Under the pieces are notes generated by a model. The model did no database searches. It was not told the origin of the DNA and saw only the letters and a program-made list of their open reading frames with translations. DNA of 26,574 bases from Trichoplax adhaerens (lineage: Eukaryota; Animalia; Placozoa): positions 417,041-443,614 of the forward strand of contig NW_002060975.1 of NCBI RefSeq assembly GCF_000150275.1. The letters are read 5' to 3'. The position numbers and the translations under genes are program-made. Shown one piece after another: positions 1-10,226 of the stretch; the stretch's first letter is position 1; every line of letters starts with the position of its first letter.

Positions 1-1
1 T

Positions 2-7
2 TTTATT
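2..7 (-). terminator. Candidate polyadenylation signal of the prepropeptide gene
   Basis: AATAAA on the minus strand about 230 nt after the stop codon. The hexamer is common by chance in AT-rich DNA. Confidence 0.35.
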
Positions 8-235
8 TGATATTGCAATTATACACTACTTCGTCTAGCCATGAACTAGCAGTAATACTTTACGGATCATTCAGTTTTAAACTACTGTTAACAAGATGCG
101 ATAAAATAGCATTTAAATATTCTACATTCTTAGTTTAGCAAAATATAGACAGTATACGATTCTTATCTGTCTTGGTTGCTCTCTAATTTTAGGAAAATGG
201 ACCTTATAAACTAGTTTAATTCTGTAGTGAATATT

Positions 236-364
236 TTATCGTTTTTTGCCATAGACGAAAATCTGTCGACGACGATAAAAATGGAAGATGATGGGACGTC
301 GAGGTTTCGGAGCAGGGGCTGGAGCACGACGACGACGGCGGCGGCGACGGCGCCAAAAGGCCTG
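236..364 (-). CDS. Secreted prepropeptide, coding exon 2 (cationic Arg/Pro-rich C-terminal peptide with G-KKR amidation/cleavage signal)
   Basis: After acceptor ctatag|cag| the phase-0 frame reads (Q)AFWRRRRRRRRRAPAPAPKPRRPIIFHFYRRRQIFVYGKKR* with TAA at 238..236. It is a GC-rich island in AT-rich DNA and is in frame with the upstream donor. Too short and ATG-less to appear in the ORF track. Confidence 0.82.
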   Translation of the reverse strand, partial: QAFWRRRRRRRRRAPAPAPKPRRPIIFHFYRRRQIFVYGKKR

Positions 365-894
365 CTATAGTAAATTTCAAGTTGAAAAGAGTTTTAGTAT
401 TTAGATAGATATATTTAAAAAATTTTTAATTTTATGGAATATTTGCATTAAAAGACTACTCATTTTCACAATTAACAGCGCAAAGTTAACTTGTGAGAAG
501 GAGCTGATTTTAGGATAAGATTGCTTGTAGAAATGTGTTATTAAATGACTTTGAATCCTCAATTATCATTATAGATTATCCTAACTATGAAATGTAAAAT
601 ACTACCAAATTATGCCGTAACTATGATAAGCTTACTGATAATTATAGACAGTAGCTTCTATATGTATTATTATTATAAATTGCAAGGTATCTTATGATGA
701 AATTGCTTTAGTAATGCACGATAAATTTACTTTGAATCATATAGTATCATAGTAGATCATACTACCTATGTAATATAGAATGTCACCGAATAATGCCTTA
801 ATTATGATAGATGTACTGATAATGATAGATAACAGTCTCGTCTGCATGGTAGTATTATTAAAAGCTACGATGTATAATTATCCTAAATACTCAC

Positions 895-1164
895 GGTGCT
901 TTTCTCGGTTAGACCATTCTCAAATTCTGAATCGAATCCTTTATCCATGTCATAAGACTCATCTATTTCTCCAAGTTCGTTGTATGCATCTTTGTCGGCA
1001 ATTTCGTACGGGTCTAGTTTATGGACATCCTTTTCAGCAATATCGTAATAGCCTGGTCCATGCCCACCCTTATTGTCATTATCGAGCTTAGAATTGTCAT
1101 CTTCAGTGGCGTAAGCAAATGTAAAGAGAAATAGACACGCAATGAGAGCCAATTTAGTATTCAT
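895..1164 (-). CDS. Secreted prepropeptide, coding exon 1 (signal peptide + acidic propiece, 90 aa); full CDS join(236..364,895..1164), 132 aa
   Basis: ATG at 1164 (context gaaaATG). MNTKLALIACLFLFTFAYA has the shape of a 19-aa signal peptide ending A-Y-A. It is followed by 71 aa containing 22 D/E and 7 K. The exon ends at a canonical phase-0 donor ACC|GTGAGT (intron 894..365). An upstream acceptor ctatacag| starts the exon at 1182. Confidence 0.88.
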
Positions 1165-1358
1165 TTTCTTGCAATGATCCTTCTGTATAGTCAATGAAAT
1201 AAAGATTAATCTTTAGTACTGGATAGACTGTAGTATTCGAATTGAAATTGAAATGATGAATATACGGCATCTTCGAATATAGTATAGATTGAATGATTAA
1301 TACATATTATTGCGACTATAACCTTGATTTTTAAAAAACGCTTAATGTTAATACGTAC

Positions 1359-1512
1359 CTCAACAACTTTTAATTTTCTAAATTAATTCTTGAGATAAAT
1401 TCTGCGATCCTTCCTGAATTTCCAAAGTAAAGCAATAGACAATATTTTAAGGAAGCTTAGTGTTCGATTTCCAGTGGTTAAGATTTTGAGCTGCAAGATA
1501 GCTGTTTATATA
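1359..1512 (-). promoter_or_regulatory. Putative TATA box and non-coding first exon of the prepropeptide gene
   Basis: Minus strand TATATAAA at 1512..1505 implies a start near 1475-1480. Donor GAG|GTACGT at 1359/1358 can pair with the acceptor ending at 1183, giving a 5'UTR intron 1358..1183. Confidence 0.5.
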
Positions 1513-4500
1513 TCCTAGCTTTAACAAAAGGAACGTCTTACTTTTATAAATGATTGATAAATATTCGAGCGAAATTAAAATAAAGTCATAGTTCTAATCA
1601 ATCTGAGAGTGTTTGCATTGTAATTTCCTCAGTATCGATATCTTTAATTTCGATAATTCAGGAAAATTTCAACTAAAAAACATCGTTTTTATTTGTTCAC
1701 ACGCTTATTATTATCTTCAATTTTATATGCTTTATTGTAAAAATAGTGCATTTTGGATAACGAAAAGGTAATAAAGAGGAAGGTAACAATTCTTTGTGTT
1801 TTAAATCAGGGAAATGAAAGTATTAACGACGGGTTGAAGTTACATAATAAATGGAGTATTAAGATAATATTTTCAATGGGTTGTTACAAATTAGTCTGAT
1901 CTCAATAAAATTTCTCTTAAGATTGTTATTTAAAGTACTAAGATGGAATAATGACAGTTTTACATACATGATGCTGATTGTGAACATTTCTAATAGCATA
2001 CGATTACCAGATGCCTTAGGCAACATGTAGTTCCATATCAATAAACAAAGAAAATTGACGTTGTTTACTTTATAAGAGCCTTGTGGACAGGGTAATTAGA
2101 ATTTGAGTTGAAATTAATATAAACATTACATATATATTACTAACTATACTGTATATAGGAACATATACACTAATCTTTATAATTCAAGTGTTTAACTTGC
2201 TATCTATATTCTGAGATAATAATGGAATAAATTAATCATGGCTACAATTACATTCAGTATATCGTGATGATATCACAAGGAAAAAATAATCCTAATTCAA
2301 AACTTGTTTATTGAAGTTTCATTCATATATTTTTCATTTACTTTAGCCAAATTAATTAGTTATAGGATAGTCATCAATGATACCAAAGTCTGCCGCTATT
2401 GAAATTATTAAAGTCTGTTTAAATTATGACTAATAAGGTAACATGAATACTCAATAAACGATCTATTGAAATCAAATGAACGGCGGAAGGAGTTAGTTTG
2501 CTACATGAAAAATATGACTCTAACCCGGACTTACCTTTAAATTTTCCTTATGTTTATAGAATTCATTTTATCACCAGTGTTGATGCTCTTATCTAGGGTA
2601 ATCGAAATATTATAATTTGGATAGTTGCACTGCGAAAGCTAATCTACCAATTCAGCTAGAATGTACACAGATAATCGGTAAAACTTATTCTTGATTATTT
2701 AAATATTAATTAATACAGTAGCTCGTTTTAATTAGGCTACGACATATAAGTACTTTAGTTCATTTGTTATAGCACAATTTAGTATAAGACAGAATAACTT
2801 CCGGTTCAAACAGNTCAACAAAATATTCTAGCTCATATACTGTAATTAATTAGATTTGTATTCATTCACCATTTTTAACGCCAAGACAGCGATAAGACTA
2901 TATTTATTTGATTTGTTTAACACTAGCGATCTTATAAATGATTATTAAATAGCAGTAACTCTAAAATTATTGTAATTTCTATTCTCAGTAAAATTATGCC
3001 ATTATCATTAAGCTAGATAACAGGAGATTACTTTCGACTCTTCACTTGCTTTCTTACTTTCTCCAATATTAAATGCCGACTCATTCTTAGTGAGTAAAAT
3101 GCTATGACTTCTTTGTCTGGCCGTTAATGCAAATTTTACGTGCCGATTCTCATCATTATCCAAAAAAAAAATTTTTTGTCCAGTACAAATCATAGAATAG
3201 CATTGGTGTAGCAAACTCCTAAAACTAAATTTGGTTTCCACGCATGTTTTATTATAATAATTATCATAGTGCTAAGTAAATGGAAACTCTTTTCCAAATA
3301 GAGCAATAGTTGCAATTTTCTTACGGACGAAATTCACTTTCCAATATCAGATCCTAAGTTAACTTAATAGCTGAATGAACACATTGCAATTTAACAGAGC
3401 TTTAATGGGCTGCATGAGACTCCGTATAATTAGACTTCTCTTGTTTATTCATCCACTAAGGATCCATCAAAATATTGCATTTAGAACTCTACTAAAGCCT
3501 AATCCTTGCAATAGTTATGAATGTTATTATTATAAATCTAAATTTGACGTGATTAGAAGAATTAAACATCGCAAAGAACTAAATATCTAGAGTCTACGTT
3601 CAGGTATGTCCTCCCGACATCTACAGTACGACTCTAAATACGGACAATCTCTTATCATCAGAAGAAATAGTAACACAACTAGTTGCTCTTAGACACAACT
3701 GAACTCCAACTTTATTGAAAAATTCTGTCAATTTATAGTATATTTAGGTAAGTGATCTTAAGGAAACTATGTTGCAGCAAAGTACTGTAACTTTACGGAG
3801 TATCAGTGATGTAAACTGATAGAAAACCATCGCCAATAATTACAAGTACGTGTTACAGTTCAAAGAACTAGCTTATGATTGAGGTTGCAACATATGCTAA
3901 GCAAATTAATTTCTGTAAGTTTACAAAAAGTTTTAGTTCTTAATGTATATTTTGAAGATACTTTATAATAAAGACGGAAGCCGTTTTAGAACCTTGGAAA
4001 TTAGGAATTTCGGATTGAAGAGTATCGCTCTTCTTAGGACTGCTGATAGTTTTGTTCGTATATCTATTGACGCCGTTATTATCGTGCAATATATTTACTA
4101 GTCACCTTTAAACTTTTTCCGGGGAAATTAGCCCAGCTTCTGTACGATAGACAACTTTTATAGTACTGATCATTCCATTGCTTTTACGAATTTTCATTAA
4201 TAGATTAGCTAATCTCGATATCAATTATTAAGTAAAAACTACCTGTAATAGAGAACGATTACATTGTATTTCAAAGATATAATGATTAAAAGCAATAAAC
4301 TACAATCTTATGCAAAGCTTTTTAGCCATTAAACCATTTACAGAATCTTATATCTTAGTCTACAAATTACCATCGTAAACATAAAATATCTACAATTATG
4401 CCTTCCGGGTAAAAAGTAAATATATCTTAACGTCATGTTAAACTATTTTACGTCCTGATTATTTTTTACCGATATAAATTACCATAACTAAGCTTACTGA

Positions 4501-5002
4501 CTGGTCCGATTAGTTCATGCAAACCTTAAATACAGAAAGCGGATGTTATAACTATCTGTAATGTTTAGTTTCCGTTTTGGGGATTATAGGTAATGGTACC
4601 CCCCACTATTAATGTGAACACTAAATCTAATATTAAAATTACAGCAGTGACTATTTCTAATTAGAAGTTGGATATGCCTCTGCCCGAGACAAAATTTATA
4701 AAGTATGTTTGACGAAAATTTTTCTTTACTTTCTATAATCAAATACAAGGAGATTTATGATTGCATTTTACTAAGCCACTAATGTTATCACTAGCATAGT
4801 AATAATGTTATTGCTAGCGACTGTAGTTTGTTGATTTTGATGATTATATGTCACTATTTTAACTAAAATGTTTGACGCAATTTCTTATTAGTTAAAGTAA
4901 TACAGTACAATGCATGATATTCAATCGAATACTCCCAACTGCCATCAACTAAAATAATACGTAAATGGTCATTTCATAAAAATGAAAAGATGGTAACAAG
5001 AC

Positions 5003-5567
5003 ACGGTGTAACAGCCCAGACTAGCCTAGTTTATACCCCGGAGTATAATCTACGCTAGCCTTATTTATATCCCCCTAGGTCAAATTTACCCAATTCTACT
5101 TACAGATATATCTAATAAGCGAGAAAACAACATTATTGATCTGCTTTCACATCAAATAATCAAGTGCAGACCACAACAAACACAATTGCGAGAAATATTT
5201 TATAATCATAGCTTTATTTAGTGAGTTCTGGATAACGCAGCTTGGCAGAGTACGTTAGCATCTACTATGACTAGCGGACCTTAATCTAAGCGATAGAATT
5301 CTTACCAACTGTAGTTTCAGGAAGATTGCTAATAATGTCAATCCTAATTAGCTTCTAGATCTTGGCCGGTAATGGAATAGGATTGTGTGGAAGAATTTCA
5401 TTGCTGACTTTGCATTACTTTTGAAGCATTTGAACACTGAAGCATTTTGAACATGCTTTCACGTATTCTGCTACATCTTTCTGCATGTCCTTCTAGTAAC
5501 ATCGATGGGATATTTTATGAAGGGTTTTATCTCTGCCAAAGTGCTTACTTGCTCCTGGATTACATTC
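5003..5567 (-). mobile_element. Ginger1-like DNA transposon remnant (one terminus plus integrase fragment)
   Basis: ACGG|TGTAACAG at 5003..5014 looks like a TGT terminus with a CCGT/ACGG-type 4-bp target site. It is followed by two subterminal copies of CTAGCCT.(G/T)TTTATA(C/T)CCC (about 5021 and 5055), and lies 300 bp from the integrase fragment. The matching second terminus was not found in the window. Confidence 0.55.
5306..5567 (-). pseudogene. Degenerate Gypsy-like integrase fragment (H2C2 zinc-binding domain + start of the DDE core), Ginger/GIN-type transposase relic
   Basis: One minus frame reads ECNPGASKHFGRDKTLHKISHRCY*KDMQKDVAEYVKACSKCF...*...EILPHNPIPLPAKI*KLIRIDIISNLPETTVG. This matches the integrase pattern CH..GHFGRDKT..KI..RYYW..M..DV..YV..C..C ... 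PIP....W..IGIDIIG.LP.T..G. Stops at 5495, 5417 and 5357; two replace conserved Trp. A ~16-nt internal duplication lies near 5422-5455. Bounded by ttttag| and G|GTAAG. Confidence 0.85.
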
Positions 5568-5568
5568 T

Positions 5569-5900
5569 AAAAAGAGTCTGTCTGGAATTTTACAGCTTTC
5601 AATCCAGCTATAATAATGTAATACACTAAATTATCTGCTTCAAATTTTCTGAGATATTAGCCTTAGGCAAGACTTGTCGAAAATATCATATAACGTAGTA
5701 TAAGTTATAGTATAGTATAAAAACTGCATTAGTAATGGTACAGGATATAGCATTAAAAGAGTGAGTCTGAAATTTTACAGCCTTCAATCCTGTACAGTTA
5801 TAATAATGCAATGCGCTAAATTATTCGCTTCAAATTGTCTGAGATTATAGGCCTGAGGCAAGGCAAGGCATATCAGAAATACGACATAAGTTACTATAGT
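5569..5900. repeat. Diverged tandem duplication, period about 187 bp, 2 copies
   Basis: aaaagagt..gtctg.aattttacagc.ttcaatcc...taataatg.aat.c.ctaaattat..gcttcaaatt.tctgagat...gcct.aggcaag occurs at about 5569 and 5756. Confidence 0.85.
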
Positions 5901-6462
5901 AATATTGAACATAGTTCCATTGATAGGCAATAGAACCGGATTTAATATTGGAACTTTTTTAACTAATAATTGACTGCCAGACTTTATAAGCATACAAACA
6001 TCAGATACTGCATTTCACTCATGGGCTTATAGATTAGTAGATTCATATCAACAATATAACAGCTATGGCACTCTAATACTAGCCATCTATTTTATAGAAG
6101 ATGCGACTTTTTCTAGTTCTTCAATATTAGCGTCTTGATCCTGTTGTTCGACTTCATATACACTCATATACACTTGTGAGGTTGATAGATCAAGAATCTT
6201 CAAACCTTTCGAAAATTAAGGTTTATTGAAAAAAACCTTGTTTGCAAAGATACAACGTAGTCGATCAGCTGAGGATCACTAACGAGAAAGAAGCATTTTA
6301 TTGTACTAAACTACTCGCTTATATACTTTTCCGCCTTAACAATCTTAGCACCTTACTTACTACACACTTCATTATTAGCATCTTAAATACAGAATCATTT
6401 ACACCTTTCATGTGAAGCTCTAGTGTGAGCACTGTAGTAGTTCTCTTCAAAACGATACAGTT

Positions 6463-6504
6463 ACTAAGCTAGCTATATTCGTAACTAAGCTAGCTATATT
6501 CGTA
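6463..6504. repeat. Perfect 21-bp tandem duplication
   Basis: actaagctagctatattcgta occurs twice head to tail. Confidence 0.9.
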
Positions 6505-6820
6505 TTTAATACTTAAGCCTCTAACGAAATATCTAGTACACGTTGTATGAAAATAGTTTCAATAATTCTAGTTTGAATATTTATACCCCCAAACACTACA
6601 GCTACAAATCACTCTACCATTCCCTCACTTCTACATACGGGACATGCAATGGAATCTTCAACACTCTCAACTCATCATCAGGAGTGGAAAGGATTACTGC
6701 TTAGCAAATTCAATGAAAAAGGAATAATACTTGCGTGAAATGTAAAGCTAATCTTGTATCTTGTACCCAGTGCAATTTAACGAGAGTGTCAATCAACTAA
6801 GTTAATATTGCTTCCATAAT

Positions 6821-7650
6821 CAATGAAGATGATGGATGTGTATACTGTACAAATGGATAAAGTATACCCCCAATGTCAATAAAACCAATACCCAAAAATA
6901 AATAAACCAAAGCATAATTAAAAGTAGTCTATGTCTAGTCTATGGTCAATGCAATTGCTGAGTTAGTTTAATATCTATTACAAATCGTAGTCAAAGAGGG
7001 ACTTGAAAGAGAAAAGGAAAAACATCTGTAATAAAACATTGATAAAATAGGAGGAGAACATAAAGATCAACATAGGGATGGAGAAAATGGATTGCAAAAT
7101 TGCAGCCTATCTATCATTAAGCATCCCATCTAGTCTAAAGCAAATATTGATGACAGTCTTGTAATACTGTAGATGGCGATCTCTTCAGCTATTAATAAGC
7201 TAAATTAACATCACTTCTATCCATGAAGATGATGGATGTGTGTACTGTATATAAGATGGATAAAGTATACCCTAATGTCAGTAAAACCAATACCCAGAAA
7301 TAAATAAAGCGAAACACCATTGCATTCGTCCATGGGGCGAATGCAATGCTTGAGTTGGTTCAATTTCAATTATAAATGGTAGTGAAAGAGAGATTTGAAG
7401 AGAAAACGAAAGCATTTGTAAAAAGATTCAGGATTAAGATTGAGGTAAAATAGGATGAGAAAAAAATAGGGATAAAGAAAATGATTTGCGAAATTGCAGT
7501 CGATCATAAAGCAAACCCCCAAAAGTCAGTTTAACCAATACCCAAAAATAAATCAAAACAAAATTATTAGTATTGCAATCAATGCAATTGTGCAGCTAGT
7601 TCAATGTTTATTGCAAATTGCAGTGAAAGACGGACTTGAAAGAGAAACAA
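6821..7650. repeat. Old diverged tandem repeat, period about 400 bp, two copies plus a partial third
   Basis: atgaagatgatggatgtgt.tactgta at about 6823 and 7223. aaccaataccc.aaataaa, aatgcaat, and gtgaaaga..gacttgaa-like blocks recur at about 6883/7285/7533 onward. Confidence 0.8.
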
Positions 7651-9782
7651 TCTCAGCAAGTTCTTGGTCAAAAGAACATGAGAAGATAAAATAGTCTGCT
7701 AGCAAAGGCGATCATGACTGGAAGGGATATTGCAAAAAGAAAATCGTCTTACCTTGTTGTCCATGTTGTCTTCCACTTTTTCCCGACCCCAAAGGTGAGA
7801 TTGCCTGCTTTCATTCTCTTTCTCACCTTGCTATCCACAGTTTACAAAGTAAATTAGTGATTTCAATTAGAGCCAAGAAAAGTTGATGGCGAGCATGCAG
7901 TAAGCAGCGTGCCTGTGCCATACTTTCTCAGTCCAAGTGAGGTTACTCGGTTGATATCTTGCTTATAATATTGTCCGCTGTAGAGTCAATCCCTACTTCT
8001 ATAGGGTGACAAGCTATTTTGCACAGTAGCTTGCAGCGCCGACTCTCTACTTAGTCTTCATCTTCTTCTACTGCCTGCTAGAAGGCTTCTACACGTGAAA
8101 TGGCAGTCAACCATCAAACATCTTTTTTTCTCACTTTCTTTTTCCATACTACAGATTTCTCTCTCATACTTATTAATCTGTGCTTTTGACAGATATTGTT
8201 GGGTGTTAGCATTGTCATCTTGCTTAGCAGGTAAGTCTTTCAACCAGTTAAAGCAATCTTAATTAATCGATATCATTTTAAACGCAAACCCTAACATTAT
8301 TGCAATAATATAATCGTCTCTTTATCGCCATTATACCTATAGTTGACATTTTGGATATCCTGGATTATCCCTGCACGGTAATCATTTCTGGTGTTTACTA
8401 GCACTAGTCAATCGTTTCACACTTTGTACCATGTTGACTTTCATGCTGAAAAATAGTGATGAGTTAATAACTGGTTTGAAAATGGAATTGCTCAAGTACG
8501 GCCAAGTTTTGATTAAAATCATTACGTAATTTCATTTTGTAGTCGCTTCAATTAACGTTACTCAAGATCTTTACTAAATCAATTGCTGTCACTTATACAG
8601 TCCGTTTTCCTTATTCTAAATTCCAAATTTCGCCAACTTGCTAAAGTTCATAATCAATTGTAAAGATAAACACGAGTACCTGCATATCTAGTTGTCATTT
8701 CGATAGAATGTAGTTATTATTATGAAAGGTTTTTGTAGAACTGTAGACAAATATCGGTTATATAACATATATATATAAGCATATAAGCATGTTACAAAAT
8801 TTTTGATAGCAGACTCTACCCTAAATTACAATGACTTGATGGACATTACTCAAGGTATTAAAGTAGAATAAGTATTGCCAGTTTTAACTTATTACAGATC
8901 GTCAACTTCCCAAGGGGATGACCAAAAACACAAGGAATTACTAAACTATAATTGACTAGTACAATAGACGAGTGGATATTTTGGATGAACAAGATAGAGA
9001 AGCAAGAATGAGATAGAGATATTTATCTTTAGACTATTATTTACTCAATGGTCGCCTTGATTGTTTCATATTTCATGCCTAATGATTTCATTTTTCTAAA
9101 ATAGACTAACATAAATCAAAGGAATAAACTAACTGATAGACAACTCCCCAACCTATTACAATAAGAACATTACACTTAATATGCTTGGAGAATGGCTAAG
9201 AAAAGGCTGTGATTATTTTACAGAATGACCTATGCTAACGGCCTATGTGTATGTATATAGATTCATAGAAAGTCAACTGTCAGAATACAATCGCGATACT
9301 ATTGAAAGACTGAAAGATTTATAGTTCTTTTCTCTTAGGCTACAAATATATTGAATCTTTATTTAGACATAATGCATAATGATATTCTAGCCTATAGTGT
9401 ACTTGACTCTTGGACAGACATCTGACAAAGTAATTCAACATTATTGTAGTTATTAGCTTTATTTTATATCTGCACATAGAATAATATCAAACAGATATAC
9501 TACTGTTTAATAAGACTTGATCATTTTATGTCTTTCTGGGCGAAAACTTTAATATATCATTGATAACCATTTGTTCGATTTTAATTTTTTTCCTTTATCC
9601 AACTATTTTAACTCGTTGATAATTTGTGCTACAGTCCCCTCGCACACCTGATTCTTTCATATAGGTTATAAAATTCGACATTGACTTAAAAGGATTATTA
9701 ACAATCTCAGAATGGAAATGATAATAACGTAAACGTCAATTTACTCTCAAGTACAAAGTAGACGTTATTTGTATTTAGTCTG

Positions 9783-10112
9783 AAGCCGTATATGTTACCG
9801 TTTCCCTCATATACAAAGGCGGATATTAAACTCCATTCCGATAGCATGCTGTGTTTTCTTAAACGTGATTCTCGACCTATTCTATAACTAGATATTAGTG
9901 CAAAATTCTAAAGTCGTATATGTTACTATTTCCCTCATATACAAAGGCGGATATTAAACTCCATTCCGATAGCATGCTGTGTTTTCTTAAACGTGATTCT
10001 CGACCTATTCTATAACTAGATATTAGTGCAAAATTCTAAAGCCGTATATCTTACTATTTCATTCATATATGAAGGCGGATATTAAACTCCATTCCGATAG
10101 CATGCTGTGTTT
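9783..10112. repeat. 128-bp minisatellite, about 2.6 copies (truncated by the gap)
   Basis: Unit starts aag(c/t)cgtatat at 9783, 9911 and 10039. Confidence 0.92.
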
Positions 10113-10121
10113 CTAAACGGA

Positions 10122-10171
10122 NNNNNNNNNNNNNNNNNNNNNNNNNNNNNNNNNNNNNNNNNNNNNNNNNN
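10122..10171. other. Assembly gap (50 N)
   Basis: Run of 50 N. Isolated N bases also occur at 2814 and 26525. Confidence 0.99.
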
Positions 10172-10226
10172 TATAATGTATGTTCCACATAGACTATAAA
10201 CTTCACAGATTATTTAGATTTATTAG

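Noticed and set aside
780-1091. 103-aa plus-strand ORF
   Set aside because: Antisense shadow of the prepropeptide exon; no recognisable motif.
883-1194. ORF-track protein as a complete single-exon gene (MTIQK...TVSI)
   Set aside because: It starts at a TTG upstream of a splice acceptor and reads through a canonical GTGAGT donor; the spliced model is better supported.
3950-4243. Minus-strand fragments GSFYLIID, KVTSKY and NNGVNRYTNKTI vaguely resembling the integrase core
   Set aside because: Similarity is weak, needs frameshifts, and lies outside the apparent element terminus at 5007.
7900-8243. Faint resemblance of the 61-aa ORF region to the DAXX histone-binding domain or a Ginger N-terminus
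   Set aside because: Only a few scattered residues match; cannot be supported without a search.
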